64,000 nucleotides of DNA. Source: an uncultured Sangeribacter sp. Its GTDB lineage: Bacteria > Bacteroidota > Bacteroidia > Bacteroidales > Muribaculaceae. Numbering within the stretch: the first letter of the stretch is position 1; each line of letters opens with the position of its first letter. Shown here one piece after another: positions 10,836-20,780 of the stretch. The stretch spans positions 4,479-68,478 of the forward strand of contig CAZWJO010000001.1 in assembly GCA_964634905.1 (NCBI GenBank), written 5' to 3'. Position numbers and translations under genes: made by a program. The notes beneath the pieces were generated by a model, which was given only the letters and a program-made list of their open reading frames with translations, did not search any database and was not told where the DNA came from.

Positions 10836-11884
10836 GAAACTGTGAAAATCTTGAACATAAGCTCTTGCTGAAGATCGTATTCATTTTGCAGAGAACCTAT
10901 ACCCTTACTCTTGCAGTCAAATTCTCGCAAAGCGGATATGGCTGCAAGCGATTGTCGGGGAGTATACATTCTGAGTCCGTCTTTAATTTCTTTCAGGGCA
11001 TAAAGAGTCTTCAACTGCAATGCTTCCATTAATCCTCTCTCGGTCTTGTCGACGGTATAGTGAGCCACCACCAATTGACTGAAGAATTTCTGCAAGATAG
11101 AAGTCGTCATGACTGTGGGATTATTCTTTGGATTCTTTCTAAAGTATTCGAGAATACGCATTGTCTTCGGATAATCCTTTGTAGATAAAGCCTTGGTCAA
11201 CTCGAAATTATTGAACTCTTTAGAGATTCCAATATTTTCTTCGACCATTTCAGCCGTGATACGTTGAGCACCAGGCCCGGCGCTTACAATTAGTTTGTCA
11301 ATTTCTCCGAATAATTTCTGAAGCGAATTGCCAACATATTCAATCAGTATCTGCACTGCCTGTTCTTCTATCCCGATCTTCTTCATTCTGCAATATTCTT
11401 TTATAGGCCCGGAAAGCTGATAATCGCGGATTTTAGGACTTTTGAAAACTACCACTTTGTCTCCAGCTTTTGAAGCCGCTTTCATAAGTGCTGAAGTTGC
11501 CGACAGATTGTCGCCTTTAAAAGCAACTACAAACACCCCATGCCTGTTTGGCTGAGACATGTAAGGGGCGAGCTTGTCAAGCTGAGTCTTTGATCCGGCA
11601 CATGTCTGAGCCTCTTTCAAAATGACAAGCTGACGGTCGCCCATGACAGGATACTGCCTCGCACTTGCAACGACTACATCAAGGTCAGAGTCTGCTCCAT
11701 AGAATACGAGTTGGTCAAAAGCTTGATTCTCTTCTTTGACCACATTTCGCTCCAAAGCATCAACAATAAGGTCAATATAATATGGTTCTTCCCCCATCAG
11801 GAGATAAACCGATGCGAAATCTTTCTTCTTTATTCTGTCAAGAATATCACGATAGGAGAGGTCTTTATTTGCTTTCGGTGGCAT
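10832..11884 (-). CDS. holA: DNA polymerase III delta subunit
   Basis: VYLLMGEEPYYID, ARQYPVMGDRQLVILKEAQ, GISKEFNNFEL. Confidence 0.93.
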   Translation of the reverse strand: MPPKANKDLSYRDILDRIKKKDFASVYLLMGEEPYYIDLIVDALERNVVKEENQAFDQLVFYGADSDLDVVVASARQYPVMGDRQLVILKEAQTCAGSKTQLDKLAPYMSQPNRHGVFVVAFKGDNLSATSALMKAASKAGDKVVVFKSPKIRDYQLSGPIKEYCRMKKIGIEEQAVQILIEYVGNSLQKLFGEIDKLIVSAGPGAQRITAEMVEENIGISKEFNNFELTKALSTKDYPKTMRILEYFRKNPKNNPTVMTTSILQKFFSQLVVAHYTVDKTERGLMEALQLKTLYALKEIKDGLRMYTPRQSLAAISALREFDCKSKGIGSLQNEYDLQQELMFKIFTVS

Positions 11885-12776
11885 TTTCTAAATTTTTGGA
11901 AGGTAATTCTGGAGGCGACGTTCTTTTTCCTTTAAGCACACCCTTGGTATAAAGGAGGTAAATAATTGCAGCCGTTAAAATTAAGCTAATTATGGCTAAT
12001 GTTGGAAATCCAATTTCTGACACCCCATACATATCAAAGTCTTCAGAAAGATATCCTTTGTTGATGCACCATGTCGAAATAATCACCAGACTATTATTAA
12101 GAGCGTGTGCAAAAGAATTAACCCAAATATTTCCACTCCACCAATATAAATAGCCAAAAAAAGCTCCAAGCAGAAGACGAGGGATAAATCCGAAGAATTG
12201 AAAATGTAAAGCGCTAAAGACTACAGCAGCTGTCCATATAGATGCGTGAGGATTCACCTTACACCATATCAGCATCTTTTGGAAAGCTCCTCTAAAGAAG
12301 AATTCTTCTCCGATACCTGTCAGCACCCCAATGAGAAGGATGTTTACAATTGTAGGCATTAGCGATGTGGAGCTTAGGAGTCCTTGCGTCAGCATCTCTG
12401 CTTGGTCTTCCATATCGCGACACCACTTTTCAAAACCCGAAAACATATCGGGAAGGCTGATCTCTTGATTCCAGTAGACAATCTGATTCAGAGCTGGCAT
12501 TCCGACAAAATATATCAATAGCGTTATTCCAATCATCTGTATCGATGGGACTTTTTCAGCGTCGATAGATTTCAACGGATTAGTCTTGAAACACATTTTC
12601 CAGGTCAGCAAAGCAGGAACAATGAATGCCAAGATGTTTTGCCCCGCAATTATGCTCCATTGCAAGGCATTCCCTTTCAAAGGAAGCACTCCAATGAGAG
12701 TGGTAAAAAATAGGCCGCATATCATCAGACCCATTAATACCAAAATGAATTGGCATATATCGATGAATTTTTTCAT
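11865..12776 (-). CDS. CPBP (CAAX/Abi) family intramembrane metalloprotease
   Basis: EEFFFRG, FSALH and HALNN motifs in a multi-TM protein. ATG at 12776 abuts the lptB stop. Confidence 0.92.
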   Translation of the reverse strand: MKKFIDICQFILVLMGLMICGLFFTTLIGVLPLKGNALQWSIIAGQNILAFIVPALLTWKMCFKTNPLKSIDAEKVPSIQMIGITLLIYFVGMPALNQIVYWNQEISLPDMFSGFEKWCRDMEDQAEMLTQGLLSSTSLMPTIVNILLIGVLTGIGEEFFFRGAFQKMLIWCKVNPHASIWTAAVVFSALHFQFFGFIPRLLLGAFFGYLYWWSGNIWVNSFAHALNNSLVIISTWCINKGYLSEDFDMYGVSEIGFPTLAIISLILTAAIIYLLYTKGVLKGKRTSPPELPSKNLENATESK

Positions 12777-12777
12777 A

Positions 12778-13794
12778 TCAGTCGAATTTCTTGCGCCGGA
12801 AAATGAAGTTGCGTCCAAGATATTTCTCGCGTACTATAGGATTCTCTGCAAGTTCCTCACTTGTGCCGCGGAAAAGTATACGTCCCTCAAAGAGCAGGTA
12901 GGCTCTGTCGGTGATGCTTAGTGTCTCAGGAGCATTATGGTCGGTGATAAGGATTCCAATATTTTTCTCTTTTAGTTTGTAGACTACGCTCTGAATATCT
13001 TCCACTGCAATAGGGTCTACGCCTGCGAAAGGCTCATCTAACATGATGAATTTAGGATTGATAGCCAGACATCTTGCTATCTCGGTACGTCTACGTTCAC
13101 CACCTGAGAGTTGGTCGCCAAGATTCTTACGCACTTTATGGAGATTGAATTCTTCAATCAGTTCCTCAAGTTTCTCTTTCTGTTGCTCCTTAGTCATTTT
13201 TGTCATTTCAAGGACTGCACGAATATTATTTTCTACAGTAAGTTTCCGGAATACAGAAGCTTCCTGAGCAAGATATCCGATTCCAAGTTGAGCACGCTTA
13301 TAGACAGGAAATCCTGTGATATCCTGATCGTTGAGGGAAATCTTTCCGGAATTGGCGGTTATTAGTCCCGTAGTCATATAGAAAGTAGTGGTCTTTCCTG
13401 CTCCGTTTGGACCGAGAAGACCAACTATCTCTCCCTGCTTAACATAGATTGAGACCTTGTTGGCCACCGTACGCTTACCATATTTCTTGACAAGATCCTT
13501 TGTCCGAAGAATACCCTTTTCGGGTTCAGCTTCGATAATCTCCTCTTCAAGTCCTCCTTCAGGAGTATCAAGAAAGATTTTCTCTTCATTCTCCTTAATC
13601 ATTGTGTCGGGCATGACTCCTGTCTCAATCATGTCTTCGGCAATTGCTTCGTCTGAGACGTCCAATGTCTTATAGATATCTTCCTCGACTCCTTCTGTAG
13701 ACTCGCCGTCGGAGATTGGAATGTCGGTTTCTGATTGAGAAGTTACCGTAGGCTCATTGGCCTTTTTCTTGGGGAATAATGGGAAAATCTTCAT
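12778..13794 (-). CDS. lptB: LPS export ABC ATPase LptB with long acidic N-terminal extension
   Basis: [44 protein letters not shown]. Start forms an ATGA overlap with the udk stop. Confidence 0.93.
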   Translation of the reverse strand: MKIFPLFPKKKANEPTVTSQSETDIPISDGESTEGVEEDIYKTLDVSDEAIAEDMIETGVMPDTMIKENEEKIFLDTPEGGLEEEIIEAEPEKGILRTKDLVKKYGKRTVANKVSIYVKQGEIVGLLGPNGAGKTTTFYMTTGLITANSGKISLNDQDITGFPVYKRAQLGIGYLAQEASVFRKLTVENNIRAVLEMTKMTKEQQKEKLEELIEEFNLHKVRKNLGDQLSGGERRRTEIARCLAINPKFIMLDEPFAGVDPIAVEDIQSVVYKLKEKNIGILITDHNAPETLSITDRAYLLFEGRILFRGTSEELAENPIVREKYLGRNFIFRRKKFD

Positions 13795-14417
13795 TTGTGG
13801 TTCTTAAATGATGGAAGAAGTGAACGAATATAGTCAGTCAGCAACTTGATGGCAACTTCATTATTGCCACCCTGGGGAATAATAAGGTCGGCATATCTTT
13901 TTGATGGTTCGATGTGAAGCTCATGCATAGGCTTTAGAGTTTCCTGATAGCGGTCGATTACCATTTTTGGCGTACGGCCACGCTCAATGCAATCCCGATG
14001 AATCACCCGTATCAGGCGTTCATCGGCATCTGCATCCACAAACACTCTGACATCCATCCTATCGCGCAATTCCTTTTCGCAAAGCACGAGTATTCCTTCT
14101 ACCACTACCACTTCGCGAGGCTCAATGCGGACAGTTTCCTTAAGGCGTGAACAGGTAAGGAAGTCGTAGGTAGGCCGGTCGATTGCTTTCCCGGCTTTCA
14201 GCTCATCGAGCTGTTTGGTCAGAAGATGCCAATCAATTGCTTTCGGCTCATCATAGTTCATCTTAAGGCGAGTTTCAAGAGGAATATGATGATTGTCGTT
14301 ATAGTAGCAATCCTGTGGAAGGACTGCCACCTCGTCTTTTGGAAGCGCCTCTATAATCTTTCTGACCACTGTAGATTTTCCTGAACCAGTTCCGCCAGCT
14401 ATGCCAATTACTAACAT
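13791..14417 (-). CDS. udk: Uridine kinase
   Basis: [32 protein letters not shown]. Confidence 0.95.
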   Translation of the reverse strand: MLVIGIAGGTGSGKSTVVRKIIEALPKDEVAVLPQDCYYNDNHHIPLETRLKMNYDEPKAIDWHLLTKQLDELKAGKAIDRPTYDFLTCSRLKETVRIEPREVVVVEGILVLCEKELRDRMDVRVFVDADADERLIRVIHRDCIERGRTPKMVIDRYQETLKPMHELHIEPSKRYADLIIPQGGNNEVAIKLLTDYIRSLLPSFKNHK

Positions 14418-14509
14418 AATCTTTAAGTTTTAAAAAAGGCCTCAACCCAACATTGGCAAGAATCGAACAATTTTTGGTGGATATAGCCTTAAATTTACAA
14501 TTTTTATGA

Positions 14510-14579
14510 CAAAATTAATAAAAACGATTGTTGTATACAAATAGATATGGCTTAACATTGAAAATTTTTATTAATTTTG
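14510..14579. promoter_or_regulatory. Divergent -7 promoter elements for udk and mlaE
   Basis: CAAAATTA at 14510-14517 (TAATTTTG on the - strand) and TAATTTTG at 14572-14579 on the + strand. Confidence 0.6.
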
Positions 14580-14628
14580 CAGTTGGATTTGGTTTTTTAG
14601 GGAAAAAGATTGAAAAAAAGTGTAAATT

Positions 14629-15375
14629 GTGATAACGAAATCAATAAAGACGTTCGGACGCTACTGTCTGTTCTTGACTCAGGTCTTCCGTAGACCTGAC
14701 AAATGGAAGGTGTTTTTCAAGCAGCTTGTGACTGAGATTTCTCAGTTGGGAGTTGACTCGATACCGCTGGTGGTAATTATATCTGTTTTCATTGGAGCTG
14801 TGATCGCGATCCAAATGACAATAAATATTGTATCGCCCCTTATTCCAAGCTATTCTACTGGACTTGCCACCAGGGAAATTTTGATTCTTGAGTTTTCATC
14901 TACCATGATGTGTCTTATTCTTGCAGGAAAGGTCGGGTCGAACATAGCCTCAGAAATAGGGACAATGCGAGTTACAGAGCAGATTGATGCAATGGACATT
15001 ATGGGTATCAACTCAGCTAATTTCATTGTGCTTCCAAAAGTGATTGGCTTTGTGCTGTTCGTCCCTGTGCTTTGTGTGCTTTCGATGTTCGTTGGTCTTT
15101 GGGGAGGTTGGCTTGTTGCTGAGTTCACAGATATGCTTACTGTTGAAAACTACGTATTCGGTATCCAATCGTTCTTCAACGAATGGTATGTCTGGTATGG
15201 TATAATAAAGACTGTTGTCTTTGCATATATCATAGCTACAGTGGCTTCATTCTATGGGTATTATGTCAAGGGGGGGGCCCTGGAAGTTGGCAAAGCAAGC
15301 ACCAACGCCGTGGTATCGAGTTCAATCCTTATTCTCCTTGCAGATGTAATCCTCACAAAACTCCTGTTGCAATGA
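14629..15375 (+). CDS. mlaE: MlaE-family ABC permease
   Basis: AGKVGSNIASEIGTMRVTEQIDA and GGALEVGKAST motifs. Confidence 0.9.
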   Translation: MITKSIKTFGRYCLFLTQVFRRPDKWKVFFKQLVTEISQLGVDSIPLVVIISVFIGAVIAIQMTINIVSPLIPSYSTGLATREILILEFSSTMMCLILAGKVGSNIASEIGTMRVTEQIDAMDIMGINSANFIVLPKVIGFVLFVPVLCVLSMFVGLWGGWLVAEFTDMLTVENYVFGIQSFFNEWYVWYGIIKTVVFAYIIATVASFYGYYVKGGALEVGKASTNAVVSSSILILLADVILTKLLLQ

Positions 15376-16142
15376 TCGAAGTTAAGAATATCAGTAAATG
15401 GTTTGATGGAGTGCAAGTGCTCCATGGCATTACGGCCACTTTTGAGACTGGAAAGACGAATTTAATCATAGGTCAGTCCGGTTCAGGAAAGACTGTGCTT
15501 TTGAAATGTCTTGTTGGTCTTCTCCGTCCTGAAGAAGGCGAGATATTTTATGACGGACGCTGTCTCAACACAATGAATACGGAGCAACGAAAGGAACTAC
15601 GAATGGACATCGGTATGCTATTTCAAGGTTCTGCACTTTTTGATAATGAGACAGTGCTTGGCAACGTGATGTTTCCGCTAAAGATGTTCTCACCTTTGAG
15701 CTATTCTGAACAGCTTGACAGAGCGCATTTCTGTATCGAACGTGTAGGACTGAAAAATGCCGACAATAAATACCCCTCAGAGATTTCCGGAGGTATGCAA
15801 AAGCGAGTGGCAATTGCAAGGGCGATTGCACTCAATCCCAAATATCTTTTCTGTGATGAGCCTAATTCCGGTCTTGATCCACGCACTTCTCTTATGATCG
15901 ACGACTTGCTTAGCGACATCACTCATGAATATCAGATGACGACAGTCATAAATACCCACGATATGAACTCCGTGCTTGGAATCGGACAGCACATTATATT
16001 CATCAACAAAGGATACTGTGACTGGACTGGCAATGACAAGAATATCTACAGGAGTAAAAATCAAGATCTCAATGACTTAGTTTTCGCTTCCACTCTCTTC
16101 AAAGAAGTGAAGGGATACATGGAAAAGAAAGCGTTGGAATAG
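15372..16142 (+). CDS. mlaF: MlaF-family ABC ATPase
   Basis: GQSGSGKT, FQGSALFD, ISGGMQKR, DEPNSGLDP. Real start is the ATG at 15372 overlapping the mlaE stop. Confidence 0.88.
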   Translation: MIEVKNISKWFDGVQVLHGITATFETGKTNLIIGQSGSGKTVLLKCLVGLLRPEEGEIFYDGRCLNTMNTEQRKELRMDIGMLFQGSALFDNETVLGNVMFPLKMFSPLSYSEQLDRAHFCIERVGLKNADNKYPSEISGGMQKRVAIARAIALNPKYLFCDEPNSGLDPRTSLMIDDLLSDITHEYQMTTVINTHDMNSVLGIGQHIIFINKGYCDWTGNDKNIYRSKNQDLNDLVFASTLFKEVKGYMEKKALE

Positions 16143-16190
16143 TCATTTCTGCAGCGAGAGGAAATCATCATTATAATCAAATTCAATAGT

Positions 16191-18092
16191 ATGGAAGAAA
16201 AGGGTAAAAAGGCAGGTGGCAAAGAGAAGGATTATTCCAATGAAATTGAGAGAAGGGCTAAAGAAGTGTTTGATGCCATGCGCCCACGTGTGTCTGATGA
16301 AGACTATAATAGGCTTGTGGATTCCTTTGAAGTTGCCAGAGAAGCCCATTCTAAGCAAAAGAGAAAGACAGGCGAACCATATATCTTCCATCCTATAGCT
16401 GTGGCTAATATCGCAGCCCAAGAGCTAAATCTTGATGTCGATATAGTCATTGCGGCATTCCTCCATGATGTGGTCGAGGATACAGATTGGACAGTCGACC
16501 AAATACAGAAGCGCTTCGGCAATGATGTGGCGTTTCTTGTCAGAGTTGTCACTAAACAAAAGAAAGAAAAATATGAAATGTCGAAGCAACTCGACAATTT
16601 CAAGCAGATGCTCACTGCTGTTCAATATGATATTCGGGCTCTTCTCGTAAAACTTGCGGATCGCCTCCACAATATGAGGACTTTGTCATCGATGAAGCCT
16701 GATAAGCAAATGAAGATTGCTGGCGAGACTGATTATTTTTATGCCCCGCTTGCTACGCGCCTTGGGTTATACAATGTAAAGACAGAGCTTGAGAATCTTT
16801 CCCTTCGTTTCCGTTGTCCGCATGAGTACGCAGAATTAAGCGCAAGGATAGAAGCAGACAAAACATCAAATCAAGCGCGTCTCAAAATATTTACCGACGA
16901 GATATCAAATATCTTAAAAAGAGGAGGTATCAAAGCAAGGGTATTCGTTGATTATCGACAGCCTTATTCACTATGGCGAAAGATGAATAAGTATGGAGAT
17001 GATTTCGATCACTTGAAATATCGTCATTTCGTGGAGATCATTTATAAGAATGAAGAAGGACAGTCTGAGAAAGACACTGCTTTGAGAATATATTCTCTTC
17101 TTACCGACAGATTTAAGGAAAAACCTGGAGGAATATCTAATTATATCGACAGTCCTAAAGAAAATGGATACCAAAGTTTCCATGTAAAGCTTCTTGCTGA
17201 TTTCGGACGTTGGCAAGAAGTGCATATTAGTAGCGAACGCATGGTGACTAACTCTCAATATGGTTTTCTAAGCGACAGTTCTGAAGGAAATATCAGACGC
17301 TGGATTAATAAATTCCGTTCTAATCTGCGTGAAATATCTAAAAATGCCCATGAGGGAGGGAGTACATTTATTGAGAACGTAGTTTCATCTTTCTATAATG
17401 ATGATATCATGACCTTTACTCCTCAAGGAAAACCAATCGTGCTCCCTCAAAAGTCTACTGTCCTTGATTTTGCTTATGAAATACACTCAAAGCTTGGAGA
17501 AAAAGCAAAATTTGCACGGATCAACGGGCGCCTTGCTTCTATCAAGACCCTACTTCATCGAGGGGATATAGTGGAAGTTTTCACTGATGCAGAATGTCAT
17601 CCATCTAAGGATTGGCTTGACGCAACTGTGACATATAAGGCGCGTAAGGCAATAAGATCATATTTATCTAAACTTCCAAAACCTAAATATGACAGATGTC
17701 CGATATGTATGCCCATGCCGGGAGAAGAAGTTATAGGCTTCCATAATACAGGTGAACGAATTATGGTTCATAAGCGTGATTGTCCGGAAGTAATAAAGAT
17801 GTCTTCCCAGCTTGGCGACAATATTGTAAGTGTTAATTTTGAAGCGAATGATACTCTTTATCCGGTTGAGATTGAAGTGATATGCGTAGATCGTCCGCAC
17901 ATGGTCATCGACCTGGTGGATTGCATATCCAATAGCCTCAATTTATCTATCGGAAGCATCAATACTAAGACAGAAGATGCAATAGCAACAATTCTAATCA
18001 CTTTCTCAGTGCATAGCTATGATGAACTTCGAATGGTAATGGAGCAGATCTCTAATTTGCCTGATATTGACTCAGTGCGAGAAATAATTTGA
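16191..18092 (+). CDS. Long RelA/SpoT homolog: intact HD hydrolase, degenerate synthetase, TGS, ZFD, ACT
   Basis: HPIAVA, LHDVVED, KLADRLHNMRTL; GYQSFH; TGS motif LDFAYEIHS; Cys/His zinc-finger-like segment; C-terminal ACT. Confidence 0.9.
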   Translation: MEEKGKKAGGKEKDYSNEIERRAKEVFDAMRPRVSDEDYNRLVDSFEVAREAHSKQKRKTGEPYIFHPIAVANIAAQELNLDVDIVIAAFLHDVVEDTDWTVDQIQKRFGNDVAFLVRVVTKQKKEKYEMSKQLDNFKQMLTAVQYDIRALLVKLADRLHNMRTLSSMKPDKQMKIAGETDYFYAPLATRLGLYNVKTELENLSLRFRCPHEYAELSARIEADKTSNQARLKIFTDEISNILKRGGIKARVFVDYRQPYSLWRKMNKYGDDFDHLKYRHFVEIIYKNEEGQSEKDTALRIYSLLTDRFKEKPGGISNYIDSPKENGYQSFHVKLLADFGRWQEVHISSERMVTNSQYGFLSDSSEGNIRRWINKFRSNLREISKNAHEGGSTFIENVVSSFYNDDIMTFTPQGKPIVLPQKSTVLDFAYEIHSKLGEKAKFARINGRLASIKTLLHRGDIVEVFTDAECHPSKDWLDATVTYKARKAIRSYLSKLPKPKYDRCPICMPMPGEEVIGFHNTGERIMVHKRDCPEVIKMSSQLGDNIVSVNFEANDTLYPVEIEVICVDRPHMVIDLVDCISNSLNLSIGSINTKTEDAIATILITFSVHSYDELRMVMEQISNLPDIDSVREII

Positions 18093-18113
18093 TTACAGCA
18101 TATAGAAACTCAA

Positions 18114-18173
18114 AGCGGATGCGAGAGCTGTGCGTCCCTACAAAACGGTGGCATACGAGTTGTGTCATCCGCT
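18114..18173. repeat. REP-like palindrome copy 2 inside a larger inverted repeat
   Basis: 18117-18141 reverse complement is GTAGGGACGCACAGCTCTCGCATCC; AGCGGATG (18114-18121) pairs with CATCCGCT (18166-18173). Confidence 0.55.
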
Positions 18174-18244
18174 GAATAGTCACTCGGAGATCCTTTTCAA
18201 AGTGAAAAAGTGTAAAAAAAGTTGCAAGTTTGGTGATTTTTTTG

Positions 18245-18252
18245 TAATTTTG
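18245..18252 (+). promoter_or_regulatory. -7 promoter element of the rpsF operon
   Basis: TAATTTTG upstream of rpsF. Confidence 0.65.
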
Positions 18253-18328
18253 TGCCGTTTTTGAACCGAAAATAGTTATAAATCGGCATTAACATAGTGA
18301 TAAATAAACAATTAATTAATTAAAACGT

Positions 18329-18712
18329 ATGAATCGTTACGAAACCGTTTTCATTTTAACTCCCGTTTTGTCTGACGAACAGATGAAGGAAGCGGTAGAA
18401 AAATTCAAAGGCGTATTGACAGCTAATGGAGCTACAATCGTCAATGAAGAGGAATGGGGTCTCCGCAAGCTCGCTTATCCCATCCAGAAGAAATCAACTG
18501 GCTTCTATTGCCTTCTCGAATTCGAGGGTGCTCCGACACTCGTAAAACAGCTTGAAATCGCTTATCGCCGCGATGAGAAAGTGCTCCGTTTCCTCACTTT
18601 CCGTCTCGACAAATATGCAGCTGAATACGCAGAGAAGCGTCGCAATCTGAGAGCAAACAAAGCAAGTGAAACCGCTGAAGCTCCGGCTGAGGCAGAAAAC
18701 AAGGAGGCTTAA
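18329..18712 (+). CDS. rpsF: 30S ribosomal protein S6
   Basis: [22 protein letters not shown]. Confidence 0.98.
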   Translation: MNRYETVFILTPVLSDEQMKEAVEKFKGVLTANGATIVNEEEWGLRKLAYPIQKKSTGFYCLLEFEGAPTLVKQLEIAYRRDEKVLRFLTFRLDKYAAEYAEKRRNLRANKASETAEAPAEAENKEA

Positions 18713-18714
18713 TC

Positions 18715-18981
18715 ATGGCAGCAAACAGCGAAATCCGTTATCTTACTCCTCTTACAGTTGACACTCGTAAGAAAAAATACTGTCGTTTCAAACGCAGCGG
18801 TATAAAATATATCGACTATAAGGATCCAGAATTCCTTAAGAAATTCCTCAATGAACAAGGCAAGATCCTTCCTCGCCGTATCACAGGCACATCTTTGAAG
18901 TTCCAGCGCAGAGTGGCACAAGCTGTAAAGCGCGCTCGTCACCTCGCACTTCTTCCTTACGTAACTGACTTAATGAAATAA
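18715..18981 (+). CDS. rpsR: 30S ribosomal protein S18
   Basis: [28 protein letters not shown]. Confidence 0.98.
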   Translation: MAANSEIRYLTPLTVDTRKKKYCRFKRSGIKYIDYKDPEFLKKFLNEQGKILPRRITGTSLKFQRRVAQAVKRARHLALLPYVTDLMK

Positions 18982-19005
18982 TAACCGTTTTAACGAAAAC
19001 TATAT

Positions 19006-19464
19006 ATGAAACTTATTCTTAAAGAAAACGTAGTCGAACTCGGCTACAAGGATGATGTAGTGGAAGTGAAAGATGGTTATGGACGTAACTATCTGATTCC
19101 TCAGGGAAAGGCAGTCATCGCATCTGACGCTAATCTCAAAGAACTTCAGGAAAACCTCCGTCAGCGTGCTCATAAGATCGCAGCAATCCTCGAAGAGGCG
19201 CAGAGCCAGGCAGATGCCATCAAGGACGTTAAGCTTGAAATCAAAGCAAAGACTGGTGCCAACGGCGTGATTTATGGCAGTGTAGGTGCAGCTCACATTG
19301 CAGATGCATTTGCTAAACTTGGACATAATATCGACCGCAAACTCATCTCTCTTAAGAATCCTATTAAGGTAGTGGGTGATTATGTTTGCACCGTCAAATT
19401 CCACCGTGATGTTAACGCTGAAGTTCCAGTAATTGTCATCGCAGAGGAAGAAGAAGAGAAATAA
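19006..19464 (+). CDS. rplI: 50S ribosomal protein L9
   Basis: VKDGYGRNYLIPQGKA. Confidence 0.98.
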   Translation: MKLILKENVVELGYKDDVVEVKDGYGRNYLIPQGKAVIASDANLKELQENLRQRAHKIAAILEEAQSQADAIKDVKLEIKAKTGANGVIYGSVGAAHIADAFAKLGHNIDRKLISLKNPIKVVGDYVCTVKFHRDVNAEVPVIVIAEEEEEK

Positions 19465-19482
19465 TAATTCTTATGTTTACAT

Positions 19483-19520
19483 AAAGTTCCACGCATCCAC
19501 ATTGCGTGGAACTTTTTTTT
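19483..19520 (+). terminator. Rho-independent terminator after rplI
   Basis: AAAGTTCCACGCA / TGCGTGGAACTTT stem followed by a T-tract. Confidence 0.9.
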
Positions 19521-19627
19521 GCATATACGATTTTTTTTTGCTATCTTTGTCTTTTAAAATTTAGACACTTCAAAAAAAAATGTTGTGTTAAAATAATTTA
19601 TTGAAAAATAACAAAATAGCCCTATAT

Positions 19628-20752
19628 ATGAAATTTAACGTTCACGGAAAGACACTGCAACAGCAACTTTCAGCTGTCAGCAAGGTGGTAAATGCAAAAA
19701 ATGCACTTTCTATCCTTGATAATTTTCTTCTTGAAGTAAAGGAAGACTCACTCTTCATCACAGGTTCGGACCAAGAGACGGTGATGACTGCTCGTCTTGA
19801 TATCACCAATCAGGGACTCGACGGCAAGATTGCCATCAATGCCAAAAGATTGATGGAAGTGGTGAAAGAAGTTGCTAATTTCCCTCTTACTTTTGAAATA
19901 GAAGAAAGCAATGGCTCTGTTGACCTCATTTTCCCTGGAGGACATTTCTCTTTTATGGGTGTGGATGCGGCTGAATATCCTCAAAGTTTTGAAACGGATG
20001 ATCTTTCAATGGAGATTATCATTCCAGCAGAGGTGATCCAAAGAGGACTCGACTTCACTCTCTTTGCTATCAGCACTGAGACTATACGCCCGATGATGAC
20101 AGGAGTATATTGGGATTTCCATGACGATGACATTACTTTTGTAGGCTCTGACACACATAAACTCGTACGCTATATCAACACCGCATTCCATCCCAATAGA
20201 GAGACCTCTTTTATACTTCCGGGTAAACCTGCGGGAATTCTTCGCTCTTTGATCGGAAAAGAGACAGAAACTATCAAAATAAAGAAAGATGAAAAGAGTG
20301 CTATTTTCACTTTCGGTGATTTCCGTCTCGGGTGCCGCTTTGTCAAGGGGAATTATCCCAATTATAATCGTGTGATTCCAAAGGATAACCCTTATGAACT
20401 GACAGTAGACCGCTCTGTGCTTCTCTCTGCGATGAGGCGTGTTTCGCTTTTTGCGAGCAAAGCCTCAAGTCTGGTAAAAATGAGTATGGATGAAAATTAC
20501 GTTGTTCTCCAGTCGCAAGATTTGGACTATTCTACTAAGGCTGATGAACGAATTGCATGTTCCTATGAAGGTAGTCCTCTTTCTATAGGATTCAATAGTG
20601 TCTATATGCTTGAGGTGCTTAACAATCTACCAGGAGACTCCATCATAGTCAAACTTTCTGATCCAGGGCGTCCCGGACTTTTCATGCCTTTCGAGCAGAA
20701 GGAAAATGAAAACGTCGTGATGCTTCAGATGCCTATGCAAGTGATAGAATAA
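19628..20752 (+). CDS. dnaN: DNA polymerase III beta clamp
   Basis: RPMMTGV, GNYPNYNRVIP, IGFN, LQMPM. ATG at 19628; TATCTTTG -7 element at 19542-19549. Confidence 0.96.
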   Translation: MKFNVHGKTLQQQLSAVSKVVNAKNALSILDNFLLEVKEDSLFITGSDQETVMTARLDITNQGLDGKIAINAKRLMEVVKEVANFPLTFEIEESNGSVDLIFPGGHFSFMGVDAAEYPQSFETDDLSMEIIIPAEVIQRGLDFTLFAISTETIRPMMTGVYWDFHDDDITFVGSDTHKLVRYINTAFHPNRETSFILPGKPAGILRSLIGKETETIKIKKDEKSAIFTFGDFRLGCRFVKGNYPNYNRVIPKDNPYELTVDRSVLLSAMRRVSLFASKASSLVKMSMDENYVVLQSQDLDYSTKADERIACSYEGSPLSIGFNSVYMLEVLNNLPGDSIIVKLSDPGRPGLFMPFEQKENENVVMLQMPMQVIE

Positions 20753-20780
20753 ACGTTTAAAAGCACAAAACTGATTAATC

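Noticed and set aside
11865-12776. CPBP/Abi protease as an abortive-infection gene
   Set aside because: The Abi label for this family is historical; the gene lies in a housekeeping udk-lptB-holA operon.
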